The notes under the pieces were generated by a model. The model had not been told where the DNA came from, did not search any database, and worked only from the letters and a program-made list of their open reading frames with translations. Positions 26,426 to 37,557 of a stretch of 64,000 nt of DNA are shown one piece after another; positions within the stretch are counted from its first letter, which is position 1, and every line of letters begins with the position of its first letter. A program made the position numbers and the translations under genes. The stretch comes from Zootoca vivipara (Eukaryota), in the NCBI RefSeq assembly GCF_963506605.1, contig NC_083277.1:112592001-112656000 (forward strand). The letters run 5' to 3'.

Positions 26426-26561
26426 CAGGCACCCCCAAACTTCGGCCCTCCAGATGTTTTGGACTACAATTCCCATCTTCCCCAACCACTGGTCCTGTTA
26501 GCTAGGGGTCATGGGAGTTGTAGGCCAAAACATCTGGAGGGCCGCAGTTTGGGGATGCCTG
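26426..26561. mobile_element. 136-bp palindromic hAT MITE
   Basis: TSD GTCTAAAC (26418-26425, 26562-26569). Confidence 0.9.
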
Positions 26562-26569
26562 GTCTAAAC

Positions 26570-26790
26570 CATGGGTAGGCAAACTAAGGCCCGGGGGCCG
26601 GATCAGACCCAACTGCCTTCTAAATCCGGCCCGTGGACGGTCTGGGAATCAGCATGTTTTTACATGAGTAGAATGTGTCCTTTTATTTAAAATGCATCCC
26701 TGGGTTATTTGCGGGGCATATGAATTCGTTACCCCACCAAAAAAATGTAGTCCGGCCCCCCACAAGGTCTGAGGGGGACAGCTGAAAAAG
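26570..26790 (+). mobile_element. hAT element of the 4290 family, 3' end lost
   Basis: Begins CATGGGTAGGCAAACTAAGGCCCGGGGG immediately after the TSD of the preceding MITE. Confidence 0.8.
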
Positions 26791-26791
26791 T

Positions 26792-27890
26792 TCCTTCAAC
26801 TGTTCCTCATAAGGCTTGGTTTCCAGACCCTGGATCATCTTGGTCGCCCTCCTCTGCACATGATCCAGCTTGTCAATATCCTTCCAAGAACTGGACACAG
26901 TACTCCAGGTAAGGCCTGACCAAGGCTATTAGCTATCCCTGCCTAAGTGTAGAACCTTTGTTCCTGTTGAAATTCATTCTGTTAGTTTTGGCACAGTTCT
27001 CCAATCTGCTTAGGTCCTCCTGAATCCCGATTCTGTCTTCTGTGGCATTGGCTACCCCTTGCAGTTTGGTGTCATCTGAAAATTTGATGAGGATTCCCTC
27101 AATTCCTTCATCCAAGTTATTTATAAAAATATTGAACAATGATGGGCCTAATACAGAACCCTGTGGCACTCCACACATCACCTAGGATGATAAGGAACCA
27201 TTACTAACCACTCTTTGGGTTTGGTCAGTCAATTAACTACGTATCCACCTAACAGTAACCTCATCCAGCCCACATTTTACCAGCTTCTCCACAATAATAT
27301 TATGGGGGACTTTGCCAAAATCAATGTACACTGTGTCTATAGGTTAAAGGTAAAGGACCCCTGGATGGTTAAGTCCAGTCACAGGGGACTATGGGATTGC
27401 AGGGCTCATCTCGCTTTCAGGCCGAGGGAGCCGGCGTTTGTCCACAGATTGCTTTCTGGGTCATGTGGCCAGCATGACTAAACCGCTACTGGTGCACGGA
27501 GAACCGTGACAAGTGCCAGAGCGCATGGAAATCCTGTTTACCTTCCTGCCACAGTGGTACCTATTTATCTACTTGCACTGGCATGCTTTCGAACTGCTAG
27601 GTTGGCAGGAGCTGGGACAGAGCAACAGGAGCTCACCCTGTTGTGGGGATTCGAACCACCGACCTTCCAATCAGCAAGCCCAAGAGGCTCATCTATAGCA
27701 TTCCCCTGACCCACCAAGCTTGCAACTCTGATAGAAAAAAGAAAGAAATGAGCTTCATCTGGCATGATTGTTTTTGAGAAACCCATGCTGGGTACTGTAT
27801 TAGCAATCACAGGATCCTTTTCAGACTAACTTTAATGATCTGCTCTAGGACCTTCCCTGGAATTAATGTCAAGCTGATGAGTTACCTGAG
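26792..27890 (-). mobile_element. CR1 LINE reverse-transcriptase fragment (interrupted by a Sauria SINE)
   Basis: Encodes GVPQGSVLGPSLFNIFINNLDEGIEGILIKFSDDTKL and [33 protein letters not shown]. Confidence 0.9.
27343..27691 (-). mobile_element. Sauria SINE, 5' truncated, nested in CR1
   Basis: AAAGGT tail on the plus strand; TSD TCTATAG (27336-27342, 27692-27698). Confidence 0.88.
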
Positions 27891-28302
27891 CGAGATGGGC
27901 CAATGCTCTGACTCAGAATAAGGCACTTTCCTATGTTCCTAAGCCCAGGACCCAAGGCAACATTTAATACAGAATCCCACTGAAATAAATGAGAAATCAG
28001 TGGGGTACACACTACATCGTAAACATGCATAAATTTGTGCTGAGGGGCGTACGATGGCACTCTTATATGGTGGAAGGTTTCACGGCCTTTATTGTGTTCA
28101 ACCCGTCGCCACCATCCTAAGCGGGTAGGTCAGCCACTGTTCTACAGATGGGGAATTCGATACCAAGAAATGGTTCAAACTGATGCAATGAGCCAGTAGC
28201 ATCAGGGGGATTTGAACGCAGGCCTCCCAGAATCAGCAGAAGCTGGGCTTTTAAACCCCTGTGAAACCTCGGCGAAAGTACCCATCGCTGTTCACCTCCG
28301 GG

Positions 28303-28480
28303 CAGGGCCGCCTTAAGCAGGTCGGGCGCCCTGGCGCCGTGGTGCGCAGATCGCTCCGGCGCCCCCTGCCCCACCCCGTTTCTTATAGCGGCTGGTGGTT
28401 TCCGCACGGCTTCGCCGCAAAGCGCCCCCCTGCCGACCCGGGGCCCCGCGCCACCCAGCCTACCCCTAGAGCCGGCCCTG
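28303..28480. mobile_element. GC-rich hAT MITE
   Basis: TIRs CAGGGCCG ... CGGCCCTG; flanks CCTCCGGG (28295-28302) and CCTCTGGG (28481-28488). Confidence 0.85.
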
Positions 28481-29734
28481 CCTCTGGGAGCACTATCCAA
28501 ATCTGCAGAGGAATTCTTATTCAAATATACTCCCTTGGCACGTACGCACAGTAAATCCTCCCTAAATGCAGGCAGGCAGGCACGCTGTGCACACATGCCC
28601 CCCCCCGCAAGCACATATATTTCTAATAAACATTCATTCTTTCTCCAAGCACACCTCCCATTAACTTTTCAACACCCCCCCCCCCGCTGCCTTCCCCTTC
28701 CTCCTTGTAGTGGCCTACTAGTCTCAACTCCCCAGGGAGAAGCTGGGAGCCAGGCTCCATATCAAGTTGTCTTTGCTTAACCCAAGGTTTCGGCGGTTGT
28801 AATTTATACACCTGCTCTTTGGGCCAAGAAAAGCCGTTAACTCATCTTTATTGCTGAGGGGGAAAACCTAGGATGCAGCTTAAAGTATTTCATCCCTTGC
28901 GGGGTCAAGTTTCCTGGGATAATTGGTTTGCGATCAGGTGAAATGTGTGTGTGTGTTTGTGTGTGTTTCAGAGCAAGGGGTGGGCATGGCAGGTGGTGGC
29001 CCTGGTAGTGTGCTGTTGGCTGCTGTGCTCCTTCTGTGACATTGAGACAAGACAAATGACTCCCCCCCCCACTTACCCACACACTGTGTGGTTTAATCAG
29101 CATGCAGACCACCCCAATAGCCTCTCTCAGTACTATTTGTATGGAAAAAGAGATGCCGGAACTCACCATGAACGGCCATGCAATGGCACCCACCTCCGGG
29201 GGTGAAGACAAACTACTGCATTAGTAGCACCGAAATGACATCCCTGGGGCTCAAGCCTGGGCAGTGTGTATGGAGGTCCTGGGCTGCCAAGATGACAAGA
29301 CTGTCCAGATGATTGATGTGGTCCAAGGGAGAGCAGAGCAATGAATTTGGCACCAACATGGCTGCAGGAGTTGCTAGAAGGAGGCGTAAAGCACCACCCA
29401 ATTGTCCTAGAGACTCCATTGCTGATTTGCGTAGCAGGGTTTACTCCTTAGCCTTTTCTTCTCCCAAATATATCCTGCAAGGCTGCAGGCTCACACACTG
29501 AATAAGTAAATAGGAAATAGGAAGCAAACAGACCTCTGCTGGATCAAGCCAATAGTTGCCCTTCTACTCCAGTATCCTGTTTTTCCAGTGTCCAACCAGC
29601 CTATGGGAAGCCCACAACCAGCATCTGAGAGCAATGACTTTTCCCTCCTTGTGGTTTCTGGCAACTGGTATTAAGAGGCATACTGCCTCTGACAATGCAG
29701 GCAGAACATAGCCATTGTGGCTAATAGCCACTGA

Positions 29735-30095
29735 ATTATGGTGCTGGAGGAGACTCTTGAGAGTCCCATGGACTGCAAGAAGATCAAACCTATCCATTCT
29801 GAAGGAAATCAGCCCTGAGTGCTCACTGGAAGGACAGATCATGAAGCTGAGGCTCCAATACTTTGGCCACCTCATGAGAAGAGAAGACTCCCTGGAAAAG
29901 ACCCTGATGTTGGGAAAGATTGAGGGCACTAGGAGAAGGGGACGACAGAGGACGAGATGGTTGGACAGTGTTCTTGAAGCTACGAACATGAGTTTGACCA
30001 AACTGCGGGAGGCAGTGGAAGACAGGAGTGCCTGGTGTGCTATGGTCCATGGGGTCACGAAGAGTCGGACACGACTAAACGACTAAACAACAACA
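29735..30095 (+). mobile_element. BovB (RTE) LINE 3' fragment
   Basis: Encodes ELWCWRRLLRVPWTARRSNLSILKEISPECSLEGQIMKLRLQYFGHLMRR...GVTKSRTRLND; (CAA)n tail; TSD AGCCACTGA (29726-29734, 30096-30104). Confidence 0.93.
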
Positions 30096-30598
30096 AGCCA
30101 CTGATAGCTTTATCCTCCATGCATTCCTCTAATCCTCTTTGAAAACCATCCATTTTAAAGAGAGGGGACTTAGCAGGAGAGGGAAGACTTTGAACTTGCT
30201 GGGTCAGTCTAGGGGGGGGGGGGTGACATGCTCCAAAGACACATTATTATGCCCCTTTCACCGCTGAGGCTAGGTGGGTGTATCTATTTTGTGCACCAAG
30301 CAAGACATAAGAGTGAGGGGAGCTCCTCTCTCCCCTGCCTTGTCTCATTGTACTGGGCGCCTTGAAATATGTCTTTCAAGTGAGCTGTTTTGATGTTGTT
30401 TTTAAGTGCTGCATGTATGTTTGGCCACCCGTTTGTCACCCTTTTCACGTTTGGAGAAAGGAAACCAAAACTGCTCTGGAGATTGCAAGGAAATTTTCTT
30501 GCTGACATCCCAGGTGCTATCCAATCATCACTAGGCTTCCAGGCCATTTCCGCATGAGACTTGCAGAACCAAATTGTTCTACCACCACCACCACAATA

Positions 30599-30688
30599 CA
30601 TAGCTGCCAAGTTTTCCCTTTTCTCGCGAGGAAGCCTATTCAGCATAAGGGAAAATCCCTTAAAATAAGGGATAACTTGGCAGCTATG
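30599..30688. mobile_element. 90-bp hAT mini-MITE (CATAGCTGCCAAG TIRs)
   Basis: Perfect TIRs; TSD CCACAATA (30591-30598, 30689-30696). Confidence 0.92.
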
Positions 30689-32382
30689 CCACAATATGAA
30701 CGCTTGAGAGGAAACATGTGCTAGAGAGGAAACATGCAGCGAGAGCCTGTTCCCAACGCAGCTTGGTCGCCCTAAAATGCCAAGTCCGTCTTGCTCCCAC
30801 CAATCTACTCACCCTTTTTTCTTGTTGCCCGCTCCCTCTTCTTTCCAGCATTTCTAGACATGTCTCCCAATTAAACAACAACAACAGCACACATAAGCAA
30901 ACCAACCAACCAACCACACAAAGGGAAAAGAAGAAAGCATTTTCCATCCAGCTTGAGGAGTCACACCACTGATGATGGATCAGGCCCAGCAACAAGTACT
31001 GTACTGTGCTAAGAATAAAATCATTTTTAATCATCTGGAGAAATCTCCCAGGCAAGCAGTCTGTCCACCCAAACATGATAATGAGCACCCATCAGACCAT
31101 TCAGATGAAACAGTCACATTCCTGCAGACCATTAGAGAATGGAGATTTGTGTGCATGTGTGAGTTTTATGCCACACCAATAATATTCATGCGCCTTGAAA
31201 AGAGAGAGAGAGCTGAAGACAAAAAGATGCTCTTAGTGTCACTTGTGAAGCCACCCTTTCTCCGTGCTTCTTCTTTAGCTGGCTGCCTACCTACCACTCC
31301 TAGTGCGCCCCCATATTTACCTATCCATCCATCCATCCTCCCCCAGGCAGATTTTATCACCTGCCACAAACCTCTCACTCTGAGAGGCTTCATCATGTAC
31401 CGATTAGAGGGCACAGTGTCCCTTCTTCTTGGCTGATTACAGATTTTTGACCATGTCTGCTTCCCAGAGCAAAACTGAAGTGGAGCTGTGATTACAGGGA
31501 GGGGAGGGGAGCGGAGCACCCAGCCGCACAGAAATGCCCTCAGCGATCCATCTCGCCTCGTCGGCAGGAGAATGGCGTCTGATCGTTACGATGTGTTCAG
31601 CTCCCGGGGCCTGCTCTTCTTTGAGTTATGAGGATCATAGTAAAAATCAGTTTGAATTAGCCTCAGCTGATAAACAGCATCTCTTCTCTCAGAGGCAGAA
31701 AGACCTTGTTTGGAGAGGAGAATGGGGCTCAATGGTTAGAGCTGTTGCCCCTTCTCAGAATTTACTCCCTCCCTCCTTTATTCCTTCATATGACCTTGGG
31801 AGTCTGATTTTTAATTGCTCATTCCATTCAAGTAATGTTGGGTAAATTAGCTGCTGAGCTTAAAGGAAGGCAAGTTCCTTTGTTTAAGGCGGGGTTGGGG
31901 AATCTGTAATTGGACTACAACTCCCATCTTCCCCAGCCAGCATGGCCAGTGGTCAGAGATGGTGGGAGTTTTAGTCCTGCAAGATCTGGATGGTTGCAGC
32001 TTTAAGCTCAGAGGCCACATTTAGGTACCCCTATGTTGCATAGGGAAGCAGGGGCTTGGACAAAGGGGTGTAGGATGGGGAAGTGGAGAGCCAGTGATAA
32101 AGATGCTCTTTCTTTCTCTTTCCCACTGCTCATCCAAGCTGTAGCAGGTAGGGTCACCTGTGGGGTGCCAGCCCACCTGCTGCTGGGATTGCATGGCAGT
32201 AGGAGACAAATTTCAATCTGTCTGTGTGGCCAGCCCCAAAGTGTACTGTACTGGAATGAAGGAGAGAGAGACGGAGGGAGGGAGGAAGCTGAGAGTGGAG
32301 AAGAGGGAACCATAGAAGACCAGGAGGAAGGGAGGAGCAAGGGAAAACTTCTTCCCAGACATGAGCTAATTGATATTTGAAG

Positions 32383-32770
32383 GCAACCAAGATGATGAAG
32401 GGCCTGGAAACAAAGCCTTATGAGGAACGGTTGAGGGAGCTATGTTTAGCTTGGAAAAGAGGAGACTGAGAGAAGTTATGATAGCCATCTTCAAATATCT
32501 CAAGGGCTTTCACATGGAAGATGGAGCAAGCTTGTTTTCTCCTGGTCTGGAATGTAGGACTCAAATCAATGGATTCCAGTTACAAGGAAGGAGATTCCGA
32601 CTCTACATCAGGAAGAACTTTCTGACCATGAGAGCTGTTCAACTGTGAAACGGTCTCCCTCGGGAGGCTGTGGACCCTCCTTCTTTGGAAGCTTTAAAGC
32701 AGAGGTTGGATGTCTACCTGCCATGGGTGCTTTAGCTGACATTCTTGAATTGCAGGGGGTTGGACTAGAG
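32383..32770 (+). mobile_element. CR1 LINE 3' fragment
   Basis: Encodes MFSLEKRRLREVMIAIFKYLKG...RFRLYIRKNFLT. Confidence 0.88.
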
Positions 32771-32925
32771 GTCTGGCTACCAAGCGCCCTTCTTCCTATT
32801 TTTATTTTTATGGTACTTATAAGCTGCTTTTAAACTGGGTGCCGCTCAAGCAGCTGACAATGGTTAAAACAAAAGCAACCCTCAAGCACACTGCTTTGAA
32901 ATCAGCAGCCATAAAAGCAACAAGC

Positions 32926-32926
<1 letters not shown>

Positions 32927-32958
<32 letters not shown>
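32927..32958. repeat. (AC)n microsatellite
   Basis: Read directly from the sequence. Confidence 0.95.
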
Positions 32959-32961
<3 letters not shown>

Positions 32962-33443
32962 ACAAACAGTAAAACAACAGGAGTTAAAACATGAAAACAG
33001 CAGCATCAAATTGAAAAGTCCCAGCATAATAAAAATGGCCTCTGCTGCTTTTCTAGAACCACCATTCCATGAACCTGGCAAGCTTCCCTTGGGAAGGAAT
33101 TCTACCATGAAAAGGTGGCCTTTCTGAGCCAAGTCTTCCTCTACATCCAGTTCCATCCTCTGATCTGATCCTCTTCGGGATGGGCGAATCTGACAATTTT
33201 GGTTTCTCTCAGTTTCTCATTTCCCCAGCCTTAAGTCCAGTTCTCCACATTCCCACTTAAGTTTGCATATATATATTTTTTTAAGAAAGCACAATACAAT
33301 GAAAATTCACCAACATTGTAGTGTTAATCTCTCCCAACAGGCACATTTTTTTTGTACGGCATTTTGCCATCTACACTTGCTTGCAAAGCAACATATATGC
33401 ATATGCAACATATGCATTTTTGGTATGTTGCTTTAAGTATATC

Positions 33444-33588
33444 AGCCTGGATAGCTCAGTTGGTTAGAGCACAGCACTGATAACACCAAGGTTGCAAGAT
33501 CAATCCTCATATGGGACAGCATATTCCTGCATTGAAGGGGGTTGGGCTAGATGATCCTCAGAGTCCCTCCCAACTTTATGATTTCTAT
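33444..33588 (+). mobile_element. tRNA(Ile)-derived SINE with CR1-type tail
   Basis: A box TAGCTCAGTTGG, decayed B box, then GGGCTAGATGATCCTC..CCCAACT CR1-like 3' end. Reverse-strand relatives near 39360-39602, 42600-42745 and 50420-50545. Confidence 0.75.
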
Positions 33589-33628
33589 ACATTTTACCCT
33601 AGCATATGGTTTTTTAATTACTTGGCTG

Positions 33629-33974
33629 CATAGCTGCCAAGTCTCCCGTTTTCCCCAGGAAATCCCCGTTTTTCCAGCTGCTCCTAGCTGAAAAAAACGG
33701 ATGTTTTTGTTTTTTCCCGGTTTATTCTGGCGCGGCGGCCATTTTGGAACTGGGCGGAGCATGCTCAGAAGAGACTTTTGATGCTGCTCTGCCCAGTTCC
33801 AAAATGGCTGCAGTGCGACTTCTGGCGTGGCGGCCATTTTGGAACTGGGCAAAGCAGCATCAAAAGTCACTTCTGAGCATGCTCCGCCCAGTTCCAAAAT
33901 GGCGACAGCGCTACTTCCGGTCTGCTATTTCCAGCCCGGTCCCTTATTTCTCTGACAGCAACTTGGCAGGTATG
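33629..33974. mobile_element. 346-bp hAT MITE with nested internal inverted repeats
   Basis: TIRs CATAGCTGCCAAG ... CTTGGCAGGTATG; TSD CTTGGCTG (33621-33628, 33975-33982). Confidence 0.92.
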
Positions 33975-35240
33975 CTTGGCTGGAGAAGAGCCTTGCAAAA
34001 AAATATTAAGAACTGCAAATTTCAAAGGATGATCATGCTTCAGTTCCCATACCATTTCAGAAAGGGCAGGTTTTCTATATTCGTCTTCAAATGCAAACTG
34101 AATCAAACTCCCGCATCCTTGCTCCCTCTTCCAGTCCATCCCAGAACTCTCACCACTCATGTTTCTGTCAGTATCCGTAGATTACAACACAACAGGGCAG
34201 GTCTGGGGAACCTGTGGCCTTCCAGCTGTTGCTGAACTTCGACAACTTCAACACCATCCCTTGACCACTGGTCACGCCGGTTGAGGCTGATAGGAACTGG
34301 AGTTAAATATATACATATATAATTGGAGGCCCACAGGTCTGACAAAAGGGGAGGGCGGTCTGACAAAAGATTGGGGTCCTGGAATTACAGAAGCAATCCC
34401 TGCTTCTGATTGGATCCTGGGGTGTCCCATTTTGGCTCCCACGAGAGCGCAGTCGTGAAAGACATGTGTCTCAACTGTCCTCTGTGGCATGTTGGAGGGC
34501 ATGGCCGGGGGAGATCTTGGGAAGCCCTGAAATTCCAGACTTAATAAATGGCAATGGGGTGGGGAATTGAGATAGGGCGGTTCCATCTTCCCCCAGCTGT
34601 TCTGGCTGTCATTGCAGCTGTCGATTCCTCGTGTGTGGGGGAAACGCAGAAGAAACTTAGGGGGCTGGCTGCTGCTCTCAGAGGGTCCGGTGTCTCCCTG
34701 CTGCTTCCAGGTCTGCACAGCCACCATCTGCCTTGAGAGAGCAGGGTGTGTGGGGAGGCAGCTGTAAATCCAGACAGCGGCTAATCGCTGTCATAAATAA
34801 CCATCTGAAATAGCCATTAAGAGGGTCGGAGTTCAGGTTGGCATGACAACAGCCGGCTGGTGGTGACTCAGATGTTGCGGCAGCCAAGCGGGTGGGACAT
34901 GCAAAGATTGAGCAGGGGGATAGCGTGGGCCAGTCTGGACTTGGGAGAGTCCTGGCACAGGGGTATGTGCCAGCAGGAGGTCAACCAACCAGTTCAACCC
35001 ACTCCCAGGCTGGCATCCTAGAAAGGAAGGCTTGTGTTTATGCTGGCGGCTTCCTCTCCAGCATCTAATGGAGGAAGAGAGTTACTCGATTAATATTCAA
35101 GCACAGAGAAGGCTCTAGTGCGGTAGCAAACAAGCCTAACGTGCAAACCACTTCTATGAGGACAGCTAGCACCATCGGCCAAAGGATCTCAGCAGGTGTC
35201 AACAGACATTTCCATGCACGGCAGAATACAGATTTAAATA

Positions 35241-35589
35241 GGTAAAGGTAAAGGGACCCCTGACCATTAGGTCCAGTTGTGACCGACTCTGGGGTTGCGG
35301 CGCTCTTCTCGCATTATTGACCGAGGGAGCTGGCGTACAGCTTCTGGGTCATGTGGCCAGCATGACAAGCGGCTTCTGGAGAACCAGAGCAGCGCACGCA
35401 AATGCCATTTACCTTCCCGCTGTAGCGGTACCTATTTATCTACTTGCACTTTGATGTGCTTTCGAACTGCTAGGTGGGCAAGAGCTGGGACCGAGCAATG
35501 GGAACTCACCCCGTCGCAGGGATTCAAACCGTCGACCTTCTGATCGGCAAGCCCTAGGCTCTGTGGTTTAACCCACAGCGCCACCTGAG
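35241..35589 (-). mobile_element. Sauria SINE
   Basis: GGTAAAGGTAAAGG tail; TSD TTTAAATA (35233-35240, 35590-35597). Confidence 0.9.
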
Positions 35590-36612
35590 TTTAAATACAT
35601 CACTATTTAATTTTTATTTTGGTAGTGCCATCTCCTAACTATTAAATCATTCTCTGTGAGTGGAGATCGGAACTGAGTGTGCACTCAGGTGTGCACAATT
35701 GCCATTATAAGAGAACAGAGGAGGCATTCATTGAGAGTTCTGGAACCTCTTTTTCTAGAAAAAATACATATGCACACACAGTCATGCATACATACTGTTC
35801 AGATCACACATCACACTTACTCCCTGTATGTGGGACTGTTGTGCACAAGACGCTTGCCCTGCAGTGTACAGGAAATTGCTAGATCAGGGTGCAAGAAAAT
35901 AAACTAAAAATTAACACAACGTAGGGTGCAGAGAGCCATGAATTAGTATAAAACAAGGGAGGGGGATTGACTTGAGGCTCTCTGAATGACATTGGACTTT
36001 AACTCCCAGCAGCCCCAGCCAGCATGGCCAATGATTAGGGATGGTGGGAGCCACAGGTTTCCTACCCCTGCTAGATTCAGCAGCCTGTGATTTGGCCAAG
36101 AGTTCAGAGCAGCAACAATGTCCCCCCCCCCGCCCAGCTCCCATTTCCCCCCCTCGCAATAACCCTATGAGGTAGGCCAGACTGAGTGAGCAGTCCAAAG
36201 TCATTCTGTTTTGTGGCTGAGAGGGGATCTGAACCCACTCTAATAGCTGAATCCCATTGTGGCTCCCTATTTATGTGTATGGCTGGCTGTCCGTATACCA
36301 AGGCTGAGACATGTATAAGCAGTACAAAGGAAGGATTGTTAGGTGGGCAGAACCTTGCTCTCGGGGTTGAAACATCAGCTCAGCCACAGGCTCCTGGAAG
36401 GCTTCAGCAACCCAACGCCTCCCAACCCAACCTTGTTTGTAAAATTAGGAAAGCAGAAGTCTGTTCGACAGCAGTTACTGCTACAATGAGCCAGGCAATG
36501 TAATGTTCTCACTCCCCTCTAGCCTTAGGGATAAGGCTTAGAGAAGAGAGAGGGCAACTTCTTTTAGATTTCATGACCAGCCTCTTGGGCACACTCAACC
36601 TGTTATGCTCTC

Positions 36613-36626
36613 GCTCCCCCTAGTGG
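36613..36626 (-). promoter_or_regulatory. Candidate CTCF site
   Basis: CCACTAGGGGGAGC on the minus strand, one mismatch to the core consensus. Confidence 0.45.
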
Positions 36627-37310
36627 GGGGCACCTGTTTGCATGCGTTGGTTGGCATTTGTTGTTTCTTTCCAAAGGTCTCATATGCACACACCCCTGGG
36701 GGCCACAGACCTCCGGCCGGGATCTATTTCTAAGCAACCAAGCTGAGCTGTCTCTTTTGGCTAGGAGACGCAATGGCTTCTCCTGCCGTTTTAATGGCAG
36801 CAGCCTGCGGTGCATTCTTCCTGCCTTCAGAGGCTCAGGGGGGGGGGGTCGCCTTTATGGTTCAGAACAAAGCATGTGTAAAGACTGTAATTGAATCAAA
36901 GATGGCAGGGGGCTCCGGCTAAGTTGCTGAAGAGGCAGCGGGAGCACTTGCTTCTGCCCGGTGAAGGGTGCCATCACTTTTCGCCTCCCGCCGAGCGTAA
37001 ATACAGCAAGTCATTTAGCGTGAGATCATGCCAGCCTCATCAGCTCTGGGGGCAAAAGGTACTGCAGTGCAGCAGTGGGAACTATCACACTTAAGGCGCT
37101 ATGTCAAAAAAAAAAAGTTTCTATATTTCAAAAAGTAAAAACCAGGACACCCTGAAAGCATTTTTGGAAGGACCCCCAAAATGGTTGGGAATTCTCCCCA
37201 GACATCAATTCTGCCTTTGAAATCTGGGCATATGCCAGCCCTACCATAATATCTTTCCCCACCACTGGGCACTTTTCCCCATCCACGGCTGGGTGCCAGC
37301 GATACCCTGC

Positions 37311-37436
37311 CAGTGTTTCTCCAATTTGGGTCCCCAGTTGTTGTTGGACTACAACTCCCATCATCCCCGACCACTGGTCCTGCAAGCTAAGGATCATGGG
37401 AGTTGCAGTCCAACAACCCAAGTTTGAGAAACACTG
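37311..37436. mobile_element. Palindromic hAT MITE (CAGTGTTTC termini)
   Basis: TIRs CAGTGTTTCTC ... GAGAAACACTG; no clear TSD. Confidence 0.75.
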
Positions 37437-37557
37437 CTAGTCACTGGAATGCCCATGGCAGACTCTCAGTTCCAGCTTAGCAAACCCTTCTCCCTTCCAA
37501 TTCAGCATCACCCCAAATAAAGATTATTCATTTGGGGAGATGATACAGTGTGTGTGT

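Noticed and set aside
33444-33520. tRNA-Ile gene
   Set aside because: The B box and stems are decayed and the sequence runs into a CR1-like tail, so it is a SINE head.
33730-33905. CRISPR-like repeat-spacer array
   Set aside because: The context is eukaryotic, the spacers are inverted copies of each other, and the block lies within TIRs and an 8-bp TSD.
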